A stretch of 54,334 nt of DNA, taken from positions 1 through 54,334 of the forward strand of contig CAVDOI010000001.1 of NCBI GenBank assembly GCA_963610485.1, written 5' to 3'. Below the pieces are notes generated by a model, which was not told the DNA's origin, made no database searches, and saw only the letters and a list, made by a program, of their open reading frames with translations. The translations under genes were made by a program, and so were the position numbers. The DNA comes from Lachnospiraceae bacterium. GTDB lineage: Bacteria; Spirochaetota; Spirochaetia; Sphaerochaetales; Sphaerochaetaceae. Of the stretch, positions 1-8,866 are shown one piece after another. Position 1 is the first letter of the stretch, and every line of letters starts with the position of its first letter.

Positions 1-29
1 GTCACCCCTCATTGTGCTATCATCTGAGC

Positions 30-743
30 ATGCAGCTGTGGCCTTTGATGGAAGAGAAACTCGTTGTAAAAAGTCATCCGTTCATCTCCGTAACGGGGGG
101 TGGCGGGAAGACTACGTTTCTCACCCTCTTCGGAGATTACCTCAGAAGAAAGGGGATGAGTGTGCTCCTGACTACGACTACGAAGCTCGCATACCCGGGA
201 GTCGAGAATTACGGTGAGGATTACTTCTGCACAACACACTCTTCTGCTCTCGCATCCCCCGCTTCTAAGGGTTCTCTTACGCTCTACGCCCATGATGACG
301 TCGCAAAGAGAAAACTCTTCTATCCCGGAGAGGATGAGATCGAGAGCGTCAGAAAACGCTACGACGTCGTTCTGTGTGAAGCGGACGGCTCGAGACATCT
401 CCCGTTGAAGATCCATACTCCGCGTGACCCTGTAATCCTGCAGTGTACAACTGCCGTCGTGTCTTTTGTCGGCGTATGGTGCGCGGGAAAAATGACGGAT
501 GATACGGCGTTCGGCGAGAACGGAAGCTGTGTTGTGGATAAAAGTTATCTCCAGGCATATATCGACTCAGAGGAGGGCCCTCTCAAGGGAATGAGGGACG
601 ACACTGAAAACATACTCCTCTTCAACGGGGGAGATGAGATGACAGAGGAGACAGAGAAACTCTTTTCATCCCTTGTGATTCCCCCCGGGGTTGAAGCATA
701 TATCGTAAGTGAGAGAAAGGGAGTCATATACCATGCTCTTTGA
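30..743 (+). CDS. yqeC: YqeC-family accessory protein of selenium-dependent molybdenum hydroxylases (P-loop)
   Basis: The frame is open to the window edge, and TTG12, ATG30 or ATG48 are possible starts. The P-loop ISVTGGGGKTTF near the N-terminus and the CEADGSRHLPLK motif match my memory of the YqeC family (TIGR03172-type). The stop overlaps the next gene by 11 nt. Confidence 0.65.
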   Translation: MQLWPLMEEKLVVKSHPFISVTGGGGKTTFLTLFGDYLRRKGMSVLLTTTTKLAYPGVENYGEDYFCTTHSSALASPASKGSLTLYAHDDVAKRKLFYPGEDEIESVRKRYDVVLCEADGSRHLPLKIHTPRDPVILQCTTAVVSFVGVWCAGKMTDDTAFGENGSCVVDKSYLQAYIDSEEGPLKGMRDDTENILLFNGGDEMTEETEKLFSSLVIPPGVEAYIVSERKGVIYHAL

Positions 744-2241
744 CATACTTGGGGAAAAGGAAAGATACAACGAATCATTCGCCCTCGTGACGATCATCGG
801 CGCATCCGGGACTGTCAGCCGCAGAAGCGGAAGGATGGCCGTCTTCAGGGACGGCTCTACAGCCGGCACCGTCGGAGGAGGACGGCATGAGGCTGAGGCT
901 GTGAGCCTCGCTCTCGAGGCCCTCCGTGACGGAAAGAACAGAAGGGAGAAGATCAAGGTAAGGGAATTCGGGGAGATTGAAATCATGATAGATATTCCGG
1001 TTGCCGAGAGAAGGCTTGTAATCATAGGAGCGGGACATGTGGGGAAGGCGTTATATACTCTTTTCCATTTCCTGAAGTGGCATGTAACGGTGGTCGACAG
1101 CAGGGAGGGGCTCCTCACGAGAGAGAGTTTCCCGTATGCGGAGAGAGTTCTCTCATCCTCGATAAGAGAAGGCCTCGAAAGTGTTGAAATCAATGCCTAT
1201 ACGGCTGTCGTCAGCACGATTCCCGAGGAACTCGGGAACATAAAGGGCATTCTTGATCAATCTCCGGCATTCTATATAGGGCTTCTGTCATCACGTAAAC
1301 GCAGACCGCCGGAGGACAGCCGCTACCATATGCCGATGGGAATTGAAATAGGAGAGGAGACTCCCGAGGAGATTGCCCTGTCGGCCGCGTCCGAAATTCT
1401 TGCCGCCTTTTCTCATAAGTCATGCGTTCCCTATGTGAAGCTCAACAGAAGACTTGTCGTCGTACGGGGGGCGGGGGATCTCGCAACAGGAGTGATCGTC
1501 GCACTTCATAGTGCAGGCTACTCCGTTGTCGCCACAGAGACGGAGAAGCCTACCGTAATCAGACGTACGGTATCCTTTGCAGAGGGAATATGGACGGGGG
1601 CACAGACAATAGAAGGCGTCGAGAGCACTCTCTGCCGTACAAAGGATGAGTGCCTCGGTGCCGTGAAGGATGGTAAGGTCGCCCTCATAGTCGACAGGGA
1701 TGGTGATATTATAAAGGAACTCAGACCCGCAGTAGTAGTCGATGCGATACTTGCAAAGAAGAATATGGGGACCACAATCGACATGGCGCCATTCGTAGTG
1801 GCGCTGGGACCGGGATTTACATGCGGAGTCGACTGCGACAGGGTCATAGAGACAATGCGCGGTCACAGACTTGCGAGAATCCTCACAGAGGGAAGCGCAA
1901 TTCCCAACACCGGTGTTCCCGGCCTCATTGCCGGAAAAGGAAAGGAGAGGGTGATGCATACCCCGTGTGCCGGCACATTCCGTGAGAATGCCGCCATCGG
2001 GGATATCGTATCCGCAGGCGATATCATCGGCTATGTCGGCGACGTGCCTCTCTATGCCTCCATCGACGGCAGGATAAGGGGCCTTCTGCATTCGGGACTC
2101 GAAGTACCGGAGCATTTCAAGGCCGCAGATATAGATCCCAGGGGTGAGGAGGTGGACCACACCACAGTCAGCGACAAGGCGAGGGCAATCGGCTCCTCGG
2201 TTGTAGTCGCTGTCGATTCATTCCTCTCTCAGTGGAAATAG
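733..2241 (+). CDS. yqeB: YqeB-family selenium-dependent molybdenum hydroxylase system protein (XdhC-like N-terminus)
   Basis: ATG733 is preceded by AGGGAG; GTG709 is also in frame. The domain order is an XdhC/CoxI-like N-terminus (FALVTIIGASGTVSRRSG..GTVGGG), a Rossmann-like RLVIIGAGHVGKAL, a second VVVRGAGDLATGV module and a C-terminal GDIIGYVGDVPLYASIDGRIRGL. This matches the E. coli YqeB family. Confidence 0.65.
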   Translation: MLFDILGEKERYNESFALVTIIGASGTVSRRSGRMAVFRDGSTAGTVGGGRHEAEAVSLALEALRDGKNRREKIKVREFGEIEIMIDIPVAERRLVIIGAGHVGKALYTLFHFLKWHVTVVDSREGLLTRESFPYAERVLSSSIREGLESVEINAYTAVVSTIPEELGNIKGILDQSPAFYIGLLSSRKRRPPEDSRYHMPMGIEIGEETPEEIALSAASEILAAFSHKSCVPYVKLNRRLVVVRGAGDLATGVIVALHSAGYSVVATETEKPTVIRRTVSFAEGIWTGAQTIEGVESTLCRTKDECLGAVKDGKVALIVDRDGDIIKELRPAVVVDAILAKKNMGTTIDMAPFVVALGPGFTCGVDCDRVIETMRGHRLARILTEGSAIPNTGVPGLIAGKGKERVMHTPCAGTFRENAAIGDIVSAGDIIGYVGDVPLYASIDGRIRGLLHSGLEVPEHFKAADIDPRGEEVDHTTVSDKARAIGSSVVVAVDSFLSQWK

Positions 2242-2249
2242 GAGCTAAC

Positions 2250-3536
2250 ATGGACGATAATTTCTTCAGAAGTGTCAGAGAAGCAGCCGATATACTTTCC
2301 CGGTCGGCGGGGGAAGAACGCAATGCCGCGCTTTTATCAATAGCACAGGCTCTCGGAAATAGCAGGGACAGAATAAGGGCTGCCAATGAGGCGGACATCG
2401 GGGAAGCTGAGAAGAGAGGCGAGAAGCAGTCCCTCATTTCAAGACTCAGGTATACAGACGTGAAGATGGCACAGTCCGTAAAGGGACTCGGGGAGGTGGA
2501 GTCTCTTCCAGACCCCGTCTTCCGTACAAGGGAGAAGAGGGAGATTGACACGGACTTTGTTCTTGAGAAAGTCGCAGTTCCCCTCGGTGTCATCGGCATG
2601 GTCTTCGAAGCAAGGCCCGATGCCCTCATCCAGATAGCCTCCCTTGCCCTCAAGAGCGGAAACGGCCTTATATTGAAGGGTGGAAGAGAAGCCCGGAATA
2701 CCAACAGGGTTCTTACATCCGTGATAAAGGAGGCGACAGAGAAATACTCCTTCGGCCCGTGCTGGATAGAGGCCCTTGAGACAAGAGAGGACGTGGGGGA
2801 GCTTCTGAAGGCCGACAGGTGGGTCGACCTCATAATACCTCGGGGCTCAAACAGCTTCGTGAGGTATGTCATGGAAAATACTCATATTCCTGTTCTCGGA
2901 CACTCGGACGGCTTATGCATAACGTATGTCGAGAAGTCGGCTCCTCCTGAGGAGGCTGTGAAGATACTCCTCGATGCGAAGACGGACTATCCGGCGGCAT
3001 GCAATGCAACGGAGACAATCCTCGTCGACGAGGGCATCGTCCACTCTCTTCTTCCACTGCTTGACAGGGCATTTGCAGAGAAGGGCGTGACCGTCCATGC
3101 AGACAGCGTTTCGCTTCCGTATTTCAAATCGGCCGTCCCCGCCGTTCCCGACGACTGGGATACAGAGTATCTTGCCCTCGAGTGTGCCGTGAAGTGTGTA
3201 AAATCGACAGAGGAAGCGGTGGAACATATCAGAGAGCATTCGTCGAAGCATACGGACGCAATCATCACATCCGATAAGGACAAGGCTGATTATTTCGTGC
3301 GGAATGTCGATTCTGCAGACGTCTTCGTCAACTGCTCGACCCGGTTTGCCGACGGCTACAGATTCGGCCTCGGAGCCGAAGTCGGGATATCTACATCGCG
3401 CCTCCATGCAAGAGGCCCCGTCGGACTTGACGGCCTCATGACGACCAAGTGGATCCTGAGAGGCCACGGAGAGACAGTGGGAGAGTATTCGGGTTCCTCT
3501 GCGGTCCGTTCATTCCATTTCAGGGAGCTTACATGA
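2250..3536 (+). CDS. proA: gamma-glutamyl phosphate reductase
   Basis: ATG2250 has AGGAG 5 nt upstream. Motifs LILKGGREA, GHSDGLC and NCSTRFADG are present, and the length is about 428 aa. Confidence 0.93.
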   Translation: MDDNFFRSVREAADILSRSAGEERNAALLSIAQALGNSRDRIRAANEADIGEAEKRGEKQSLISRLRYTDVKMAQSVKGLGEVESLPDPVFRTREKREIDTDFVLEKVAVPLGVIGMVFEARPDALIQIASLALKSGNGLILKGGREARNTNRVLTSVIKEATEKYSFGPCWIEALETREDVGELLKADRWVDLIIPRGSNSFVRYVMENTHIPVLGHSDGLCITYVEKSAPPEEAVKILLDAKTDYPAACNATETILVDEGIVHSLLPLLDRAFAEKGVTVHADSVSLPYFKSAVPAVPDDWDTEYLALECAVKCVKSTEEAVEHIREHSSKHTDAIITSDKDKADYFVRNVDSADVFVNCSTRFADGYRFGLGAEVGISTSRLHARGPVGLDGLMTTKWILRGHGETVGEYSGSSAVRSFHFRELT

Positions 3537-4648
3537 GAGATTTTTCAAAGGTGAGGAGAATCGTCGTAAAGGTCGGAACGAACCTCCTTTCAGATAAAAG
3601 CGGCATAGATAAACAGAGAATAAGGGAGATTGTCGACGAGATAGCACTTCTCAGAGAGAGGGGTATCCAGGTACTGCTTGTCTCGTCGGGAGCTGTGGGG
3701 CTCGGGGCGAAGGCCCTGAAGCACGAGAGTGCCGTCCAGTACATAGCCCTCAGGCAGGCGTGCGCCGCAATCGGGCAGCCTGTTCTAATGGATGCCTGGC
3801 AGAGGGAGTTCTCCCGCCATCGTCTTCTGTGCTCACAGATTCTCATAACACGCTCGGTTCTTAACAACCGCAAAAGCTATAACAACCTGCGTACAGCAGT
3901 GATGACGCTCCTCGATCTCGGCGTCATTCCCGTATTCAACGAGAACGATGTCGTCTCGACAGCGGAAATCGGGAACGTCTTCGGCGACAATGACCGCATG
4001 AGTGCGCTGGTGGCTTCGAAGATAGACGCTTCTCTTCTTGTGCTCCTGACAGATATCGACGGCCTCTATACCGCAAACCCGAAGACCGATGAAAAGGCAG
4101 AGAAGATAACAAAGCTCGAAAAAATCGATTCGACAGTCATGTCATGGGCCTCGGGGAAGGGCTCCGTCTTCTCGACAGGAGGTATGAAAACCAAACTCCT
4201 TGCCGCCGAAATTGCACAGAAGGGCGGATGCGGAACGGTGATTGCCTCGGGCTTCGAGAAGAATGTTCTCATAAGAATCATGGACGGCGAGGAGACGGGG
4301 ACATACATTCTTCCGTCCTCGCGGCTCTCGCAGCGCGAACGCTGGATTCTGAACACACCGTCCGAAGGGACAATCATCGTTGACGAGGGGGCGGCCGAAG
4401 CACTCCTGGGCCACAAATCACTTCTTCCTTCGGGAATCACAGCTGTCGAGGGCGTCTTCCACAGCGGCGATGTCGTGGACGTCAGAAAGAGCGACGGCAC
4501 AGTCATAATGAAGGCGGTATCCTCATTCAACTCAAGTGAAATTCTTCTCATAAAAGGTCACTCATCGAAGGATATAAATGCTATGATAGGAGAGAACCAC
4601 AAAGTGGTTTTCCGTCCGGAGGACACAGCAGTAAATGAGCAGTTATAG
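3533..4648 (+). CDS. proB: glutamate 5-kinase with C-terminal PUA domain
   Basis: ATG3533 overlaps the proA stop (ATGA). Motifs RIVVKVGTNLL and FNENDVVST are present, with a PUA-like C-terminus (GTIIVDEGAAEALL, GDVVDVRK). Confidence 0.93.
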   Translation: MRDFSKVRRIVVKVGTNLLSDKSGIDKQRIREIVDEIALLRERGIQVLLVSSGAVGLGAKALKHESAVQYIALRQACAAIGQPVLMDAWQREFSRHRLLCSQILITRSVLNNRKSYNNLRTAVMTLLDLGVIPVFNENDVVSTAEIGNVFGDNDRMSALVASKIDASLLVLLTDIDGLYTANPKTDEKAEKITKLEKIDSTVMSWASGKGSVFSTGGMKTKLLAAEIAQKGGCGTVIASGFEKNVLIRIMDGEETGTYILPSSRLSQRERWILNTPSEGTIIVDEGAAEALLGHKSLLPSGITAVEGVFHSGDVVDVRKSDGTVIMKAVSSFNSSEILLIKGHSSKDINAMIGENHKVVFRPEDTAVNEQL

Positions 4649-5546
4649 AATGGTATTCCGCAAGGAGGATCTGGGATTCAGAATCTCATCCCTCTACAAA
4701 CAGAAGCAGTTCGCCGTGGGTATCCTCGATTTCGGGACGAGGGAGGACCTGGAGAACACCCTTGAGTGGTATATGGAGGACATGAACCTCTCACTGCATG
4801 TCTTGACGACAGAATACAGGATGGAGGAGTACGGAATACAGCAGAAGTATCCGGAGGTGACGTTCATCGTCTTCTCGAGTGACACGACGACGGGTGAATA
4901 TATCAATGCAATGGCCGACGAGTGCTACACCGACTACTTCCTCATCGTCCGCAGCGACATGGAACTCATAGCCTTCGACGGCGCCGCACTGCTTTCGATA
5001 ATGTCGGGAAAGGAACATCCGATGGTCATCTGTCCTGTCATGCTTTCCTCAGACGCCGAGGTCATGCCGACTCTCCGTGCCCCTTACCTCAGGGGGAAGG
5101 AGGTCGATCCGCAGTCGTTCCTTCCGTCCCTCGAGAGTGAGAAGGAGGAGAGGACGCTCTATCCCGTTCTCCAGAGCGGGCTCTATGACAGGGCCCTCTT
5201 CCAGCGGCTCAGAGGCTACGACACCGAGATCCAGAGCGAATACTACCAGAGCATAGACCTCGGAACACGTGCATGGCTCTTCGGCTACAGCGTGAAGCTT
5301 ACGCCCTCGCTTGCCGTACGCTTTCCAAAGCGCGTCTCCATAATCGAGGACAGATCGGAATGCATAGGCATGAACCGTTTCTACACGAAGGCCCTCAGCA
5401 TCAAGAGGATATCCGGAAAGAACTTCGTCAGCAAATGGAAGCCGTACGTCGACAGGGAGGTCCTCTCGGGAGAGATAAAGAAGAAGCAGATAAATCTCCA
5501 GAAGATAGACTTCTTCACCCTTATAGAAAAGTGGGACGAACCGTAA
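4635..5546 (+). CDS. hypothetical protein, GT-A (glycosyltransferase family 2)-like fold with degenerate DxD
   Basis: The 303-aa ORF overlaps the proB stop by 14 nt. Segments TFIVFSSD, YFLIVRSDMEL and LRGYDTEI..YQSIDLGTRAWLFGYSV line up with the GT2 blocks (nucleotide-binding strand, DxD, ED-DL-R-G) but with substitutions. Confidence 0.45.
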   Translation: MSSYRMVFRKEDLGFRISSLYKQKQFAVGILDFGTREDLENTLEWYMEDMNLSLHVLTTEYRMEEYGIQQKYPEVTFIVFSSDTTTGEYINAMADECYTDYFLIVRSDMELIAFDGAALLSIMSGKEHPMVICPVMLSSDAEVMPTLRAPYLRGKEVDPQSFLPSLESEKEERTLYPVLQSGLYDRALFQRLRGYDTEIQSEYYQSIDLGTRAWLFGYSVKLTPSLAVRFPKRVSIIEDRSECIGMNRFYTKALSIKRISGKNFVSKWKPYVDREVLSGEIKKKQINLQKIDFFTLIEKWDEP

Positions 5547-5614
5547 TCCGGATCGCTGTCGTTTTCAGTGGAATCAGAATCTGCGGTGCGGTTTCATCAT
5601 CTGTTCCTCCGGAT

Positions 5615-5633
5615 AAGACAACTGTCTTTTTCT
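5615..5633 (+). terminator. weak hairpin plus T-run after the pro operon
   Basis: AAGACA-AC-TGTCTT is followed by TTTCT. The stem is short and the loop tiny, so this is only weakly terminator-like. Confidence 0.25.
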
Positions 5634-5739
5634 GAAGAACGGGATTGCTCGATGAACCCTTGAAATAGACATAGCAGAGAAAGAGGTTCTACTTCAGAAA
5701 TTTTGTTCCGATGTTCTTCTTTGTGATAACATTGTATGC

Positions 5740-7872
5740 ATGGAGAACAGGGGAAAGAACGAGAAGTCAAAACTGGAGATGAGATGGGCGCGCGTCGTGC
5801 TTCCGATCATAATTTCCCTGAGCCTGCTCATCATCCTGTTCTACTATCAGTTCGAGAGGATAAGTCTCAACATGCTGGAGAGGATGAACAGGGACTTCCT
5901 CAATCAGAGTGACAGCATTTTCAGCTATATCAACGACATCGTGAAAGTCACGACCAACCATATCGTCAATGACGGCGACATTCGTGTTCTTCTGTACAAT
6001 CCGGATCCGGAAGAAGGTGAGATCATCAGGGGAACGAGGGCCCTCGAGGACATAAGCGGATATGGTTCTACAATACAGTCGGTTTATATCTACAATGCGG
6101 AGAAAGACTATTTCTACACGACAAGCAGCATCCCCGGAGGCCGAAGTACCGACTTTCATGATCAGGGGGTGATGGAACTCTTCTCCTCGTCTTCGTCAGG
6201 GCCGCACTACAGATACATGGCGAAGCCGTATTCAAGGGGACTTATCGACGTCAACACATACCTCTTTACCGAGTATGACAGGTCCGGGGTTGTCTCGGAC
6301 GCCGTGGTAATCAACATAAATTCCAACTGGATAGATAAGATTCTCTCGAAAATGTTCCCCGATGTGAGCGTCATGGTCCTGAACGAACAGGGAAGGGTGA
6401 TAGGAAAGACAATCGAACTCGACAGGGAGAAGAGGCAGAGTATCGAGAGGCTTATAAGAACGAGGACAAGCGGAGCAGGGCGTTTCGTTGTCGGTACTTT
6501 TCCCGACAAGGAGATATACCTCTACTCATCATTCGGCCCCGACTGGTGCATCGTGAGGCGCATTGCATGGAGCGACATATTCAATGAACTCGAGATTATG
6601 AAGGCCTTTTCATATACCGGTATCGTGGCGGCTGTAATCACAGTGGCATTCTTCGGTCTCATGAATACTCTCAGTTATTTCCGCCCGCTGAAGAGAATCG
6701 AGGAAAGCATCAAGACAAGCTCTGTCGGAGAGGACAACACGACCGTTACGGAGAGTGTCGACAGGCTTATCCTCGTCTCGAACGAATACGAGAAGAATTA
6801 CCATGAACAGATAAGAGAGGAATATATGAGACAGCTTCTCGAGAGGGAAAGGGGAACATCCCATACGGAAGACGAACTGAGGCTCTACATCTCACCCCTT
6901 GACAGTTCACAGCCCTTCAGACTTCTTCTCTTCTCGTCGGATGCAAAAGCTGCGATGGATGAAGTCTCCCTCGTTATCGGGGACTCCGTTTTCATCAGAA
7001 TGAGGGAGCACAGGGGTCTTTTCTTCTTCCAGGGCGGCGAGGATGTGGAGACTCTTATCCCGGCGGCGGCAGAAGAGCACGGCCTCAGCTGGTGTGTGAG
7101 CGGAGATATTGATTGGGGGGAGAACATACACCTGAGGTATGAGAGAGTGAGGGAGACACTGAGTTATGCAGTCTTTCCCGAGTGCGGAGAGAATATACAC
7201 AGCGAAAGTATATTGAAGGACAAGTATTCCGTTCTTCCCTCCAGATACAACAGGGAGAGTGCCGTGCTTCTTGCGCTCTCGGGAGGGAACCTTGATCAGG
7301 CTCTCGGACTCTACAGAGAGTACATGACTACTCTCAGTCTCTGCCGCATAAGCTACATCGTCTTTCTTCTCAAAAGACTCTATATGGCCTCCGCCGTCAA
7401 TCCGAAGGCCGTTGACGATGCTGTGATGGGCGAGATTGAATATATCTTCTCGACGTCGCTCGACAGAAAACGTCTTGACGAGATCTTCTTCACCTCATTC
7501 ACCAGAAAGGTCGGGTCCGTCATTGAAAGCAGAAACACGAGAGTGGGAACCATGGTGAATGATATCAAGAAGTACATCGAGGAAAACTACAGGAATACCG
7601 CGCTGTCGCTCCAGATGGTCGCCGACAGGCTTGAAATGAACTCCGTCTATGTCGGAAAACTCTTCAGAAATGAATGCGGCTTCTCCGTAGCGGACTACAT
7701 AAACAGATGCCGCCTTGCCAGAGCCAGAGAGCTCCTGAGAGATACCGATTCGACCGTGAAGGAGATCGCAGAATTAGCCGGAATACCCAATGTCCAGTAT
7801 TTCTACACACTTTTCAGAAACGATACAGGGAAGAGCCCGAATGAATGGAGGAACGATGAAAGAAATAAGTAG
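5740..7872 (+). CDS. membrane-anchored AraC/XylS-family transcriptional regulator with extracytoplasmic Cache-like sensor domain
   Basis: The 710-aa ORF has TM1 (VVLPIIISLSLLIILFYY), an exposed domain of about 240 aa, TM2 (GIVAAVITVAFFGLMNTLSYF) and a HAMP-like linker. The C-terminus is an AraC HTH (SLQMVADRLEMNSVYVGKLFR ... VKEIAELAGIPNVQYFYTLFRNDTGKSPNEWR). Confidence 0.8.
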   Translation: MENRGKNEKSKLEMRWARVVLPIIISLSLLIILFYYQFERISLNMLERMNRDFLNQSDSIFSYINDIVKVTTNHIVNDGDIRVLLYNPDPEEGEIIRGTRALEDISGYGSTIQSVYIYNAEKDYFYTTSSIPGGRSTDFHDQGVMELFSSSSSGPHYRYMAKPYSRGLIDVNTYLFTEYDRSGVVSDAVVININSNWIDKILSKMFPDVSVMVLNEQGRVIGKTIELDREKRQSIERLIRTRTSGAGRFVVGTFPDKEIYLYSSFGPDWCIVRRIAWSDIFNELEIMKAFSYTGIVAAVITVAFFGLMNTLSYFRPLKRIEESIKTSSVGEDNTTVTESVDRLILVSNEYEKNYHEQIREEYMRQLLERERGTSHTEDELRLYISPLDSSQPFRLLLFSSDAKAAMDEVSLVIGDSVFIRMREHRGLFFFQGGEDVETLIPAAAEEHGLSWCVSGDIDWGENIHLRYERVRETLSYAVFPECGENIHSESILKDKYSVLPSRYNRESAVLLALSGGNLDQALGLYREYMTTLSLCRISYIVFLLKRLYMASAVNPKAVDDAVMGEIEYIFSTSLDRKRLDEIFFTSFTRKVGSVIESRNTRVGTMVNDIKKYIEENYRNTALSLQMVADRLEMNSVYVGKLFRNECGFSVADYINRCRLARARELLRDTDSTVKEIAELAGIPNVQYFYTLFRNDTGKSPNEWRNDERNK

Positions 7873-8866
7873 GAAGAAGGCCGTTGTCATATCCGTCCTC
7901 TCGGCTTTTCTCATAATCGCGGCCCTTGTCATCTTCTTCCTCATCCTGCCTGTATTCACTTCAAACGGAGAGACAGGGGAGAACAGAAAGCGGACTCTCA
8001 CACTCTATTCATCTCTCAAGAGTGCACAGCTCGAGAAGATCGAGAAGTACTTCGAACGGCTGTATCCCGAAATAGACCTCGTCTTCTATTCATCCGGTAC
8101 GGGGAGCATCATCCAGCTCGTTGAAGAGGAGAACCGGAACGGGGAGGCCGTCTGTGATGTGATCTGGTGTGCGGAGCCGTACGGCTATCTGTCTCTCATA
8201 CAGAAGGGGATTCTGGCTCCAATGGATCTTTCGTCTTATCCGGATCTTCCGCTTTTTGATACCGGCGGCGGGAACATGATGGCACCTGCACGATTCATCA
8301 ATGTCGGTATTGCAGTCAATACGACGATATATGACGACGAGAATGCACCGCGGTCGTTTCTCGATCTGAAGGAGTGCAGTGATGCAGTCATCCCTGATCC
8401 GTACTCATCGGGAACCTCCCTTTATACCGTGACAGTGCTTGCCGGGGAATACGGCTGGTCTTATTTTTCAGATTTGATGGAGAACGGCGCTACAGTAGTC
8501 AACGGGAGCAGCGCTTCCATCTATGCCGTCGGCACCGGACAATACGGGGTTACGATAGCCCCGGAGTATCTTGTGCTCTCCATGGAGTCTATGGGAATGC
8601 CCCTGAAGTACATTGCACCGTCTGATATCGCCGTCACGATTCCGTCACCGATAGCCCTCGTCAGCGGATGTCCGAATCCTTCGGATGCGGAAACCTTCAT
8701 ATCATTCATACTCTCCGACAGCGGACAGGCGTTTCTCTATTCCATTGACATAATGCCTTCACGCGGAAGTTATGCCTCTCCCGGCACCCTGACATTCAAT
8801 ATCCCCGACGAGGAGAACACCATCCCGTCATTCGACAGGATATTCACCGGTCAGAGCGGCAGGTAG
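7856..8866 (+). CDS. ABC-type extracellular solute-binding protein (Fe3+/thiamine/polyamine-like family), N-terminal membrane anchor
   Basis: ATG7856 has GGAGG 4 nt upstream and overlaps the AraC gene by 17 nt. The N-terminus carries a TM segment (VVISVLSAFLIIAALVIFFLILPVF). The protein is a clear paralogue of the SBP at 10080-11087 (shared LYPEI/LYPDI, YSSGTG/YSAGAG, CDVIW/CDVLW blocks). Confidence 0.75.
   Translation: MKEISRKKAVVISVLSAFLIIAALVIFFLILPVFTSNGETGENRKRTLTLYSSLKSAQLEKIEKYFERLYPEIDLVFYSSGTGSIIQLVEEENRNGEAVCDVIWCAEPYGYLSLIQKGILAPMDLSSYPDLPLFDTGGGNMMAPARFINVGIAVNTTIYDDENAPRSFLDLKECSDAVIPDPYSSGTSLYTVTVLAGEYGWSYFSDLMENGATVVNGSSASIYAVGTGQYGVTIAPEYLVLSMESMGMPLKYIAPSDIAVTIPSPIALVSGCPNPSDAETFISFILSDSGQAFLYSIDIMPSRGSYASPGTLTFNIPDEENTIPSFDRIFTGQSGR

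Noticed and set aside
681-690. A C6G4 homopolymeric run inside yqeC, as a possible phase-variation tract.
   Set aside because: The runs are short (6 and 4 nt), encode a plausible IPPGVE segment, and have no parallel tract at other gene starts. This is not convincing as a slippage switch.
1-5546. Selenocysteine recoding (in-frame TGA plus SECIS) near the yqeB/yqeC selenium genes.
   Set aside because: All ORFs here are continuous, with family-typical lengths. No pair of adjacent same-frame ORFs is split by a single TGA. The YqeB/YqeC trait concerns a labile Se cofactor, not Sec insertion.
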